Shown here: positions 21,318 to 29,840 of the stretch, piece by piece | How the letters are laid out: every line of letters starts with the position of its first letter | How positions within the stretch are numbered: the first letter of the stretch is position 1 | Assembly (NCBI RefSeq): GCF_001457615.1 | Contig: NZ_LN831024.1 | Span: forward strand, 1,620,001-1,652,000 | Reading direction: 5' to 3' | DNA: 32,000 nucleotides | From: Pseudomonas aeruginosa | Lineage (GTDB): Bacteria > Pseudomonadota > Gammaproteobacteria > Pseudomonadales > Pseudomonadaceae | Made by a program: the position numbers and the translations under genes | Notes under the pieces: generated by a model | Told to the model about the DNA's origin: nothing | The model's database searches: none | What the model saw: only the letters and a program-made list of their open reading frames with translations

Positions 21318-22022
21318 TCACTTGACGTGGCGGCCGCCGTTCACGGTCAGGGTGGTCCCGGTGACGTAGGGGTTGTCCAACAGGTAGCGAAGGCTCTGGT
21401 AGATGACTTCCGGCCCCGGTTCGATGCCGAGGGCGGATTTCGCCAGGGTGCGGGCGCGGTATTCGGCGTCGTCCCCGTCGTTGAACATCACCAGCGCCGG
21501 TGAAATGGCGTTGACCTTGATCCTCGGCGCGAAGCGCGCGGCGAACGACAGGGTCAGGTTGTCCAGCCCGGCCTTGCTCGCGCAGTAGGCGATACGCCGG
21601 GCGCTGCCCTTGCGCGCCACGTCGTCGGTGAGGTGAACGATGTCGGCAGGCTGCGAGCGTTCCAGCAGCTCGGCGCAGTGCAGGTTGATCAGGTAGGGCG
21701 CGAGCATGTGCACGCTGAACAGTTGCTGGAACGCCTCGGCTTCGTGGCCGGGCGTCTCGGCGACCCAGTCCGAGGCGTTGTGGACGATCGCTCGCAGGCT
21801 GTCGGTATGCTGTCGGAGGGCCCCGATGAAGGCGAAGATGCCGGCCTCGCTGGCGAAGTCGGCGTGCAGGGTCAGCGCGCCGGCCTGGCGCAGTTCGTCC
21901 AGCGCCGGGCGTTCGCTGCGGTAGCTGACGATCACCGACTCGCCGTCGGCCAGCAGGCGGCGGGCGCAATGCAGGCCGACACGCTGGCTGGCGCCGGTGA
22001 TCAGGATCGGGGCTGTCGCCAT
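21318..22022 (-). CDS. folM: Dihydromonapterin reductase (SDR family)
   Basis: [36 protein letters not shown]... SDR with [16 protein letters not shown]; 17 bp upstream of folE in the same orientation. Confidence 0.92.
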   Translation of the reverse strand: MATAPILITGASQRVGLHCARRLLADGESVIVSYRSERPALDELRQAGALTLHADFASEAGIFAFIGALRQHTDSLRAIVHNASDWVAETPGHEAEAFQQLFSVHMLAPYLINLHCAELLERSQPADIVHLTDDVARKGSARRIAYCASKAGLDNLTLSFAARFAPRIKVNAISPALVMFNDGDDAEYRARTLAKSALGIEPGPEVIYQSLRYLLDNPYVTGTTLTVNGGRHVK

Positions 22023-22103
22023 GGGACTCTCACAGCAGGCGAAGGGAATCGGATGGATGCAGGGTACCCGACTGAGCCAGTCGGGCAAAGCCTTGCGCTA
22101 CGG

Positions 22104-22122
22104 CCCACCCCGCCGGGGTGGG
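22104..22122. promoter_or_regulatory. GC-rich perfect hairpin between the ABM-domain gene and folM
   Basis: CCCACCCC-gcc-GGGGTGGG; outer CTTGC/GCAAG can also pair. Function unassigned; no clear U-tract. Confidence 0.45.
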
Positions 22123-22132
22123 CGGCAAGCCG

Positions 22133-22690
22133 TCAGTGCGCTTCCGGCAGGCTGGCGGCGCGCTGCGGGCGGCGGTGCAGCCAGGGGGCGAGCAGGCGGC
22201 TGGAGAGGGGGATGAACCAGTAGGTCATCAACGGGGTGAGGACCAGGGTGCTGAGCAGCACCCGCGCGGCCAGCGACAGCTCGCCGAGGTAGGGGCCGGC
22301 GCCGAGGTTGAAGGCCAGCGAGACCGGGAAGAACGCCAGCCAGATCGCCACGCTCTGCTTCCAGCGCGGCGGTTTGCGGTTGTCGTCGAACCAGGCGGCG
22401 AGGCCGTGGGCGCGGTGCTCGCGCGGTTCGTCGAAGAGTCCCTGGCCGCGTTCGAGCCAGGCCTGGCGCGAGGCGGAGTGGGCCCAGGCGGCGAGGGTGG
22501 CGTCGTCGGCGAAGCGAAAGATCATCTGGAATTCGTCTCCGCCAGCGGGCGGCGCCAGCGCCCCGGAGCCGAGGTAGCCGGGGAAGTCGGCGGCGAGGGC
22601 TTCGCCTTCGCGCTGCCAGGCGAGGAAGTCGCGGTAACGGCCGGCGGCGACGCGGCGGGCCACCAGCAGGGTAACGGGAGCGGTAGACAT
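22133..22690 (-). CDS. Antibiotic-biosynthesis-monooxygenase (ABM)-like domain fused to C-terminal transmembrane segments
   Basis: MSTAPVTLLVARRVAAGRYRDFLAWQREGEALAADFPGYLGSGALAPPAGGDEFQMIFRFADDATLAAWAHS... then hydrophobic SVAIWLAFFPVSLAFNL and LLSTLVLTPLMTYWFIPL. Confidence 0.85.
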   Translation of the reverse strand: MSTAPVTLLVARRVAAGRYRDFLAWQREGEALAADFPGYLGSGALAPPAGGDEFQMIFRFADDATLAAWAHSASRQAWLERGQGLFDEPREHRAHGLAAWFDDNRKPPRWKQSVAIWLAFFPVSLAFNLGAGPYLGELSLAARVLLSTLVLTPLMTYWFIPLSSRLLAPWLHRRPQRAASLPEAH

Positions 22691-22969
22691 CGTGTATCTC
22701 CTGGAACGGTTGAGCGCGCTTCGTGGGCGCCCTCGGACAACGGCGCAGCGCCGGGGGTGGTGGGCTGCGTCGGAGGACAGGCAAGGATCGTTCCCGCCGT
22801 GGTGGCGAAGGTTCGCTGCCGTGTCTACGGCAGCGCGATGACATCCCGATGACAGGGCGCGCACCGAAATGGTGCTTTTGTGGCCTGTCTGCATTGATTC
22901 GGTGCGTCCCGCTCGGCGAACGCATGCGGCATAATGCCCGGCTTACCCCTGTTGGCTTACGGAGTGTTC

Positions 22970-23422
22970 ATGAAAGTCGCCATTCTCTCCGGCTCGGTCT
23001 ACGGCACCGCCGAAGAAGTCGCCCGGCACGCCCAGAAATTGCTGTCCGCGGCCGGCCTCGAGGCCTCCCATCTGCCTCGCGCCAGCCTCGACGAACTCAA
23101 GGCCTTCGCCCCCGAGGCATTCCTGGTGGTGACCTCGACCACCGGCATGGGCGAACTGCCGGACAACCTGCAACCGCTGTACTACGCGATCCGCGACCAA
23201 CTGCCGGCCTGGCACGGCCTGCCGGGCGGGGTCATCGGCCTGGGCGATTCGAGCTACGGCGACACGTTCTGCGGTGGCGGCGAGCAGGTTCGCGAACTGT
23301 TCGGCGAACTGGGCGTGCGCGAAGTGCTGCCGATGCTGCGCCTGGATGCCAGCGAAACCGTTACCCCCGAGACCGACGCCGAGCCTTGGCTGGCCGAGTT
23401 CGCCGCCGCCCTCAAGGGCTGA
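22970..23422 (+). CDS. Flavodoxin (MioC-like)
   Basis: MKVAILSGSVYGTAEEVARHAQKLLSAAGLEASHLPRASLDELKAF...LVVTSTTGMGELPDNLQPLYYAI...LPGGVIGLGDSSYGDTFCGGGEQV. Confidence 0.92.
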   Translation: MKVAILSGSVYGTAEEVARHAQKLLSAAGLEASHLPRASLDELKAFAPEAFLVVTSTTGMGELPDNLQPLYYAIRDQLPAWHGLPGGVIGLGDSSYGDTFCGGGEQVRELFGELGVREVLPMLRLDASETVTPETDAEPWLAEFAAALKG

Positions 23423-23445
23423 TCCCGGGCCTGCCCCGCCGAGGT

Positions 23446-23666
23446 GGCGGATAACCGCGTGGCGGTTATTCGCCCTGCACGGGGAGGGAGCAAGCGGTAG
23501 GGCGAATAACGCCCCAGGCGTCATCCGCCGAAACGCCTGCCGAGGTGGCGGATAACCGCGTAGCGGTTATTCGCCCTACACGGGGAGGGAGCAAGCGGTA
23601 GGGCGAATAACGCCCCCAGGCGTTATCCGCCGTAGCCTCTGCCGAGCTGGCGGTTATTCGTCCTAC
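23446..23666. repeat. Tandem array of inverted REP-like elements (locus C), repeat unit of about 101 bp
   Basis: Elements 23446-23478, 23497-23530, 23547-23579, 23598-23632 alternate in orientation; partial fifth at 23649-23666 (ggcggttattcgtcctac). Spacer cacggggagggagcaagcg repeated. Confidence 0.92.
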
Positions 23667-24556
23667 GCCGGGCTTTCCTCCAGCGGCTGCTCGCGCAGCA
23701 GCTCCAGCCAGGCCTGCGCCGCCCGCGACAGGTAGCCGCCACGGCGCCAGATGAAGGCGATGTCCCAGCGCAGGTCCGGCTCCCTGAGCAGGACCCGCAC
23801 CACTCCCGGGCGTTCGATCTCGCGAGCGATCACCCGTGGTAGCAGCACCACTCCCTGGTTGGCCGCCACCAGCGCGCCGAGGAAGTCGGCCTGGCCGCTG
23901 CGGCCGCCTTCGCGCGGGCTGAAGCCGGCCTCCAGGCAGGCGCGCAGCAGGCGGTCGTTGAGGGTGAAGCTCTGCTGGTAGAGCAGGAACGGGCTGTCCG
24001 CCAGTTCGCCGAGGGCGACGCTGGCGGCAGCGGCCTTGGGATGCCCGGCCGGCAGCAGCACGTCCAGCGGTTCGTTGCAGAACGGCTGGTAGTCGAAGCC
24101 GTCGTCCGCCGGGGTGAGGCTGCCGGCCAGTTCCAGCTCGCCGGCCAGCACCGCCTGCTCCATGGTCTTGCTGCCGCCTTCCACCAGGTGCACGGCGATG
24201 TTCGGATAGCGCCGCCGGTATTCGGCGAAGCGTTGGGCGAACAGCGCGTCGGCGCCGAGCAACGGCAGGCCCAGGCGCAGTTCGCCGCGGTTGAGCTGGC
24301 TGAGGTCGTCCAGTTCGCTGAGCAGGTCGCGGCGCAGTCGCAGCATCTCCTCGGCGCGGCGAAACACCACGGCGCCGGCGTCGGTCAGGCGCACGTGCGG
24401 CCCGTTGCGTTCCAATACCTGCACGCCAAGGCTCTGCTCCAGTTGGGCGACCTGCTTGCTGATGGTCGACTGGCTGGCGTGGCGGACCTGCGCCGCCTGG
24501 GTGAAGCTGCCCTGGCGGACCACTTCGACGAAGCTGCGGAGTTGACGGAATTCCAT
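23663..24556 (-). CDS. LysR-family transcriptional regulator
   Basis: MEFRQLRSFVEVVRQGSFTQAAQVRHASQSTISKQVAQLEQSLGVQVLERNGPHVRLTDAG. Confidence 0.95.
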   Translation of the reverse strand: MEFRQLRSFVEVVRQGSFTQAAQVRHASQSTISKQVAQLEQSLGVQVLERNGPHVRLTDAGAVVFRRAEEMLRLRRDLLSELDDLSQLNRGELRLGLPLLGADALFAQRFAEYRRRYPNIAVHLVEGGSKTMEQAVLAGELELAGSLTPADDGFDYQPFCNEPLDVLLPAGHPKAAAASVALGELADSPFLLYQQSFTLNDRLLRACLEAGFSPREGGRSGQADFLGALVAANQGVVLLPRVIAREIERPGVVRVLLREPDLRWDIAFIWRRGGYLSRAAQAWLELLREQPLEESPA

Positions 24557-24651
24557 TCTGGAATGGCTCTCATGCGGACAATTCGCTTTGGGGATGATAG
24601 GCCGGGCCTTATCCTTTCTCCATCCCCGATTTCCCAGCCAAGGCCTTTCCC

Positions 24652-25041
24652 ATGTTGCCCCCGCTCGTCCGCCGTCTGTCCCGCCTTGCCGCCGAACTGG
24701 CGGTACTCATCGCCTTCTGGTGGGCTGGCGGCTGGCTGGCGAAGGCCATCGGCCTGCCGCTGCCGGGCGGGGTGGTCGGCCTGGCGGCGCTGTTGCTGCT
24801 GTTCGCCAGCGGCCTGCTGCGTCCGGCCTGGCTGCAGGCCGGCGCCGGCCTGTTGCTGGCGGAGATGTTGCTGTTCTTCATCCCGGCGCTGATGAGCCTG
24901 CTCGACTACGGCGCGCTGCTACGCAGCGAGGGCTGGCGCATCCTCCTGGTGATCATGCTCAGCACCCTGCTGGTGATGCTGGTCACCGCGGTGTCGGTGG
25001 AGTGGATGTGCCGCTGGAGGGCGCGCCATGAGTCTCGATAA
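24652..25041 (+). CDS. CidA/LrgA family holin-like protein
   Basis: MLPPLVRRLSRLAAELAVLIAFWWAGGWLAKAIGLPLPGGVVGLAALLLLFASGLLRPAWLQAGAGLLLAEMLLFFIPALMSLLDY. Confidence 0.92.
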   Translation: MLPPLVRRLSRLAAELAVLIAFWWAGGWLAKAIGLPLPGGVVGLAALLLLFASGLLRPAWLQAGAGLLLAEMLLFFIPALMSLLDYGALLRSEGWRILLVIMLSTLLVMLVTAVSVEWMCRWRARHESR

Positions 25042-25714
25042 GCAAGCCCTGTTCTGGTTGGCGGCGACCGTCGGCGGCTACCTGCTGAGCCGCCAGCTGT
25101 ACCGCCGGGTGAAGTGGTACTGGCTGTCGCCCATCGTGTTCGTCCCGGTGCTGCTCTACGCCCTGGCGATTCCCACCCATACCCGCTACGCCGACTACGC
25201 CCGCGACACCAATTGGCTGGTGGCGCTGCTCGGTCCGGCGACGGTGGCCTTCGCCATCCCGATCTGGCAGCAGCGCGAGCTGCTGATGCGCCACTGGCCG
25301 GCGCTGCTGGCCGGGATGTTCGCCGGCACCGCGGTGGCCATCGGCAGCTCCTGGGCGCTGGCCCAGGCCCTGGCGCTGGACGGCCAGGTCACGCTGTCGT
25401 TGCTGCCGCGCTCGATCACCACGCCGTTCGCCATGGAGATGTCCCACGACCTGGGTGGCGTGCCGGAACTGACCGCCGCCTTCGTGATGATCACCGGGGT
25501 GTTCGGCGCGGTGATCGGCGGCACCCTGCTGCGCGTCCTGCGCTTGCGCACGCCGCTGGCCCGCGGCGCGCTGTTCGGCGTCGGCGCGCACGGCGCCGGC
25601 ACCAGTCGGGCCTACGAGTTCGGCGGCGAGGAAGGTTCGGCGGCCGGTCTGCTGATGGTTCTCACCGGGCTGTTCAACCTGCTGGTCGCGCCCCTGGTCG
25701 CCCACTGCCTGTAG
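25028..25714 (+). CDS. CidB/LrgB family membrane protein
   Basis: YWLSPIVFVPVLLYALAIPTHTRYADYARDTNWLVALLGPATVAFAIPIWQQRELLMRHW...SITTPFAMEMSHDLGGVPELTAAFVMITGVFGAVIGGTLLR; overlaps the LrgA-like gene by 14 bp. Confidence 0.94.
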   Translation: MSLDKQALFWLAATVGGYLLSRQLYRRVKWYWLSPIVFVPVLLYALAIPTHTRYADYARDTNWLVALLGPATVAFAIPIWQQRELLMRHWPALLAGMFAGTAVAIGSSWALAQALALDGQVTLSLLPRSITTPFAMEMSHDLGGVPELTAAFVMITGVFGAVIGGTLLRVLRLRTPLARGALFGVGAHGAGTSRAYEFGGEEGSAAGLLMVLTGLFNLLVAPLVAHCL

Positions 25715-25842
25715 CCTGCGCGCATAGGCCGGCTGAATCCTCCGCCATTCAGCCGGCGCGCGAGTGTAAGCCCGGCGACAGTCGCCGGAGGAGGGCGGGG
25801 CTAGACTGCGGGCATCCGATAACGACAAAAGAGGATGCCGCC

Positions 25843-26622
25843 GTGACCGCCGTTCACTCCCTGCCCGCCGATGTGCAAGCCCAGGTCTCCGCCGCCGAAT
25901 GGCAGACCCGCGTCGATCTCGCTGCCTGCTACCGGCTGGTCGCCCTGCACGGTTGGGACGACCTGATCTTCACCCACATCTCGGCCAAGGTGCCGGGCAC
26001 CGAGGACTTCCTGATCAACCCGTTCGGCCTGATGTTCCACGAGATCACCGCCTCCAGCCTGGTGAAGGTGGATGCCAGCGGCAAGAAGCTGATGGACAGC
26101 CCCTACGAGATCAACCCGGCCGGCTACACCATCCATAGCGCGGTGCACGAGGTCCGCCACGACGTCGAGTGCGTGCTGCACACCCATACCGCCGCGGGGA
26201 TCGCGGTGTCCTGCCAGAAGCAGGGCCTGTTGCCGCTGTCGCAGCAATCGTTGTTCGTGCTCTCCAGCCTGTCCTACCACGCCTACGAGGGCGTCGCCCT
26301 GAACCATGAGGAAAAGGCCCGCCTGCAGGCCGACCTGGGGGCCAGCAATTTCCTGATCCTGCCCAACCACGGCCTGCTCACCTGCGGCGGTTCCATCGCC
26401 GATACCTTCCTCATGATGTTCACCCTGCAACGCGCCTGCGAGGTACAGGTGATGGCGCAGAGCGGCGGCGCCGAGCTGATCCACATCCCGGGGCAGATCC
26501 TCGCCGGCGCGCGCGACATGATCGCCGGGGTGATGCGCAGCAAGACCGGCATGGGCGGCCAGCTCGCCTGGCCGGCGCTGCTGCGCAAGCTCGACCAGCA
26601 GAACCCGGGCTACCGCCAGTGA
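25843..26622 (+). CDS. Class II aldolase/adducin family protein
   Basis: GTG start, (V/M)TAVHSLPADVQAQVSAAEWQTRVDLAACYRLVALHGWDDLIFTHISAKVPG...HTHTAAGIAVSCQKQGLLPLSQQS...LPNHGLLTCG. Confidence 0.88.
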   Translation: MTAVHSLPADVQAQVSAAEWQTRVDLAACYRLVALHGWDDLIFTHISAKVPGTEDFLINPFGLMFHEITASSLVKVDASGKKLMDSPYEINPAGYTIHSAVHEVRHDVECVLHTHTAAGIAVSCQKQGLLPLSQQSLFVLSSLSYHAYEGVALNHEEKARLQADLGASNFLILPNHGLLTCGGSIADTFLMMFTLQRACEVQVMAQSGGAELIHIPGQILAGARDMIAGVMRSKTGMGGQLAWPALLRKLDQQNPGYRQ

Positions 26623-27515
26623 CCGCGGCGCTGCCCGGCATTCCACTGGAGGCCTGGCGGAGGCGGGGCCGCACCCTGGATTTCAAGGGCTTCCCGATCC
26701 GCTACTGGGAAGCCGGGCAGGGTCGGCCGTTGCTGCTGATCCACGGTTTTCCCAGCGCCGCCTGGGACTGGCACTACCTCTGGGAGCCGCTGGCGCAGCG
26801 CTACCGCGTGCTGGTCTGCGACCTGCTCGGCTTCGGCGATTCGGCCAAGCCGCGCGCCCATCGCTACAGCCTGCTGGAGCAGGCCGACCTGCAACAGGCG
26901 CTGCTCGGCCGCCTGGGAATCGACGAGCCGCTGCACGTGCTGGCCCACGACTACGGCGACAGCGTCGCCCAGGAACTGCTCGCCCGCCATCACGAAGGCC
27001 GGCTGCGGCTCGCCTCCTGCGTGTTCCTCAATGGTGGGCTGTTCCCGGAAACGCACCGCCCGGTGCTCAGCCAGAAGCTGTTGCTGAGCCCGTTGGGCGG
27101 GCTGTTCGGCCGGCTGTTCGACCGCCGCGCCCTGGCGCGCAACTTCGCCAAGGTCTTCGGCCCGCGCAGCCAGCCCGGCGAGACCGAGCTGGATGCCTTC
27201 TGGAGCCTGATCGAAAGCAACCAGGGGCAGCGGGTGATGCATCGCCTGATCCGCTACATCGTCGACCGCCGCGAGCAGCGTGAGCGCTGGGTGGCGGCGT
27301 TGCAGCACGGCGGGGTGCCGTTGCGGGTGATCGACGGCGCCGTCGACCCGATCTCCGGGGCGCACATGGTCGAGCGCTACCGGCAACTGGTCGCCGATGC
27401 CGACTGCGTGCTGCTCGATGGCATCGGCCATTATCCGCAGATCGAAGCGCCGGCGGCGGTGCTCGAACATTACCTGGCGTTTCGCGCCCGACTGGATGAT
27501 TCAGAGTTTTCTTAA
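26619..27515 (+). CDS. Alpha/beta hydrolase (epoxide hydrolase/haloalkane dehalogenase-like)
   Basis: FPIRYWEAGQGRPLLLIHGFPSAAWDWHYLWEPLAQRYRVLVCDLLGFGDSAKP...LAHDYGDSVAQELLARH; GTG start overlaps the upstream stop (gtga). Confidence 0.88.
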   Translation: MTAALPGIPLEAWRRRGRTLDFKGFPIRYWEAGQGRPLLLIHGFPSAAWDWHYLWEPLAQRYRVLVCDLLGFGDSAKPRAHRYSLLEQADLQQALLGRLGIDEPLHVLAHDYGDSVAQELLARHHEGRLRLASCVFLNGGLFPETHRPVLSQKLLLSPLGGLFGRLFDRRALARNFAKVFGPRSQPGETELDAFWSLIESNQGQRVMHRLIRYIVDRREQRERWVAALQHGGVPLRVIDGAVDPISGAHMVERYRQLVADADCVLLDGIGHYPQIEAPAAVLEHYLAFRARLDDSEFS

Positions 27516-27601
27516 GCGAGTTTGAGATTGCAGCAAGTGCCATCGCGCAAGGATCGGGGCTAGGGTGCTGGCGCCTCGCTGGACGAGGCGTTTCGTCACC
27601 C

Positions 27602-27907
27602 ATGGAGGTCTCCATGCACGATCCCGTTTCTCCCTTGCGCGTGTTCGACGAGGGCTCCTGGTTGTTCCGCCAGATGGTGCAGGCGCAACCGTTCATCCGC
27701 CAGTCCGGGATGGTCCTCGCCGAACTCGGCCTGCTGCTGGCGCTCGGGCTCGGCTACCTGTGCTGGCAGGAAGGCAGTCGCTGGTACGCCGTCGGCGCCG
27801 GCCTCGCGTTGCTCGGCAGCCTGCTGCTGGTGGTGGTCCGGCACAACTACGACTGGTGGCTGTTCAAGCTCGGCCCGCGTGGCCGGCTGTACATTCCGTT
27901 CGACTGA
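27602..27907 (+). CDS. Small hypothetical membrane protein (alternative start 27614)
   Basis: MEVSMHDPVSPLRVFDEGSWLFRQMVQAQPFIRQSGMVLAELGLLLALGLGYLCWQEGSRWYAVGAGLALLGSLLLVVV: two hydrophobic segments. Confidence 0.7.
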   Translation: MEVSMHDPVSPLRVFDEGSWLFRQMVQAQPFIRQSGMVLAELGLLLALGLGYLCWQEGSRWYAVGAGLALLGSLLLVVVRHNYDWWLFKLGPRGRLYIPFD

Positions 27908-28022
27908 AGCGGAACATCCCGCTGCCTTATCGGGCGCCATTCATGGCGGCGCGAAGCCTTGTCCCCGCCGGCGGGCTGGCCGACACTCGGGCAATCCTTC
28001 CTACTGCCCTGGAGTCCCGAAC

Positions 28023-28934
28023 ATGAGCGATGCCCTGCGTTTCGACGACCAAGTCGTGATCGTCACCGGAGCCGGCGGCGGCCTTGGCCGCGCCCACGCC
28101 CTGCTGTTCGCGAAGCATGGCGCCCGGGTGGTGGTCAACGACCTCGGCGGCAGCACCCATGGCGAAGGCGCCAGTGCCTCGGCGGCGGACAAGGTGGTGG
28201 CGGAGATCCGTGCCGCCGGCGGCACCGCGGTGGCCAACCACGACTCGGTCACGGACGGCGGCAGGATCGTGGAGAACGCGCTGGATGCCTTCGGTCGCGT
28301 CGACGTGGTGGTCAACAATGCCGGCATCCTGCGTGACAAGACCTTCCACAAGATGGAGGACGCCGACTGGGACCTGGTCTACCAGGTGCATGTCGAAGGC
28401 GCCTACAAGGTCACTCGCGCCGCCTGGCCGCACTTGCGCGAGCAGGCCTACGGGCGGGTGGTGTTCACCTCCTCGACCTCGGGCATCTACGGCAACTTCG
28501 GCCAGAGCAACTACGGCATGGCCAAGCTCGGCCTCTACGGCCTGACCCGCACCCTGGCCCTGGAAGGGCGCAAGAACAATATCCTGGTCAACGCCATCGC
28601 CCCCACCGGCGGTACGCGGATGACCGAGGGGCTGATCCCGCCGCAGGTCTTCGAGCAGCTCAAGCCGGAGCTGGTCAGCCCGCTGGTGGTCTACCTCGGC
28701 AGTTCGGCCTGCGAGGATACCTCGGGGCTCTATGAGGTCGGCGGTGGCTGGATCGGCAAGGTACGCTGGGAACGCAGCCTGGGCTTCGGCTTCGATCCGA
28801 AGGCCGGCTTCGACGCCGAGGACGTGGCCGCGCACTGGCAGCAGATCTGCGACTTCGAGAACGCCGCGCACCCGGCGGACAACGTCGAGGCGCTCCGTGA
28901 AATGATGGCCAACCTGCAGAAGCACGCGCTCTGA
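28023..28934 (+). CDS. Short-chain dehydrogenase/reductase (MFE-2 dehydrogenase-like)
   Basis: MSDALRFDDQVVIVTGAGGGLGRAHALLFAKHGARVVVNDLGGSTHGEGASASAADKVVAEIRAAGG...YGMAKLGLYGLTRTLALEG. Confidence 0.94.
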   Translation: MSDALRFDDQVVIVTGAGGGLGRAHALLFAKHGARVVVNDLGGSTHGEGASASAADKVVAEIRAAGGTAVANHDSVTDGGRIVENALDAFGRVDVVVNNAGILRDKTFHKMEDADWDLVYQVHVEGAYKVTRAAWPHLREQAYGRVVFTSSTSGIYGNFGQSNYGMAKLGLYGLTRTLALEGRKNNILVNAIAPTGGTRMTEGLIPPQVFEQLKPELVSPLVVYLGSSACEDTSGLYEVGGGWIGKVRWERSLGFGFDPKAGFDAEDVAAHWQQICDFENAAHPADNVEALREMMANLQKHAL

Positions 28935-28978
28935 GACGCCCGGCGGATGCGGCGCGGCTGCGGGAAAAGGACTAAGGT

Positions 28979-29002
28979 GAAGACCGGCTGACGCCGGTCT
29001 TC
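28979..29002 (+). terminator. Possible terminator/attenuator between the SDR and enoyl-CoA hydratase genes
   Basis: gaagaccggctgacgccggtcttc hairpin; T-rich tract (ttttttc) lies further downstream. Confidence 0.5.
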
Positions 29003-29050
29003 TGCCATCCGGCCGGTGTCTTTTTTCGCTTTTTCCGCAGGGAGTCTGTC

Positions 29051-29821
29051 ATGAGTGTCATCGTCGAACGCAACGGCCCGGTCACCACCCTGGTCATCGC
29101 TCGCCCGGAGCGGCGCAATGCGGTGGACCGGCCGACCGCCCAGGCCCTGGCCGACGCCCTGCGCGAGTTCGAAGCGGACGATACGGCGCGGGTCGCGGTA
29201 CTCACCGGCAGCGGCGGCAATTTCTGCGCCGGCGCCGACCTGGCGGCGGTGGCCGAGGATGGCGAGCGGCGCAATCGCCTGGAGGCGGAGGGCGACGGAC
29301 CGATGGGGCCGAGCCGCATGCAGCTCGGCAAGCCGCTGATCGCCGCCATCGAAGGTTATGCGGTGGCCGGCGGGCTGGAGCTGGCGCTGCTCGCCGACCT
29401 GCGGGTGATGGCCGAGGACGCTATCTGCGGAGTGTTCTGCCGGCGTTTCGGGGTGCCGCTGATCGATGGCGGCAGCGTGCGCCTGCCACGGATCGTCGGG
29501 CAGGGCCGGGCGCTCGACCTGATCCTCACCGGGCGTCCGGTGAAGGCCGACGAAGCGTTGCAGATCGGCCTGGCCAACCGGGTGGTGCCGAGCGGTTCGG
29601 CGCGAGCCGAGGCCGAGGAGCTGGCGGCGGAACTCGCCGCCTTCCCGCAGACCTGCATGCTCGCCGATCGCGCCAGCGTATACGCGCAGTGGGAACTGTC
29701 CTTCGACGTGGCCCTGGCCAACGAATTCCAGGGCGGGCTGGCGGTGATCGAGAGCGGCGAGACCCTGGAGGGCGCGCAGCGCTTCAAGGACGGCGAGGGG
29801 CGCCACGGGCGCTTCGAGTGA
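29051..29821 (+). CDS. Enoyl-CoA hydratase/isomerase family protein
   Basis: MSVIVERNGPVTTLVIARPERRNAVDRPTAQALADALREFEADDTARVAVLTGSGGNFCAGADLAAVAEDG...KPLIAAIEGYAVAGGLELALLADLRVMAEDA. Confidence 0.94.
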   Translation: MSVIVERNGPVTTLVIARPERRNAVDRPTAQALADALREFEADDTARVAVLTGSGGNFCAGADLAAVAEDGERRNRLEAEGDGPMGPSRMQLGKPLIAAIEGYAVAGGLELALLADLRVMAEDAICGVFCRRFGVPLIDGGSVRLPRIVGQGRALDLILTGRPVKADEALQIGLANRVVPSGSARAEAEELAAELAAFPQTCMLADRASVYAQWELSFDVALANEFQGGLAVIESGETLEGAQRFKDGEGRHGRFE

Positions 29822-29840
29822 CGCCGTCGCGCCGCCCGGG

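Noticed and set aside
23446-23666. Locus C repeat array considered as a CRISPR array.
   Set aside because: Units are palindromes in alternating orientation with identical spacers, no unique spacers and no cas genes; REP/BIME-like instead.
24652-25714. LrgA/LrgB-like pair as a phage lysis cassette.
   Set aside because: No other phage genes; the adjacent LysR gene and coupled architecture fit the chromosomal Cid/Lrg family.
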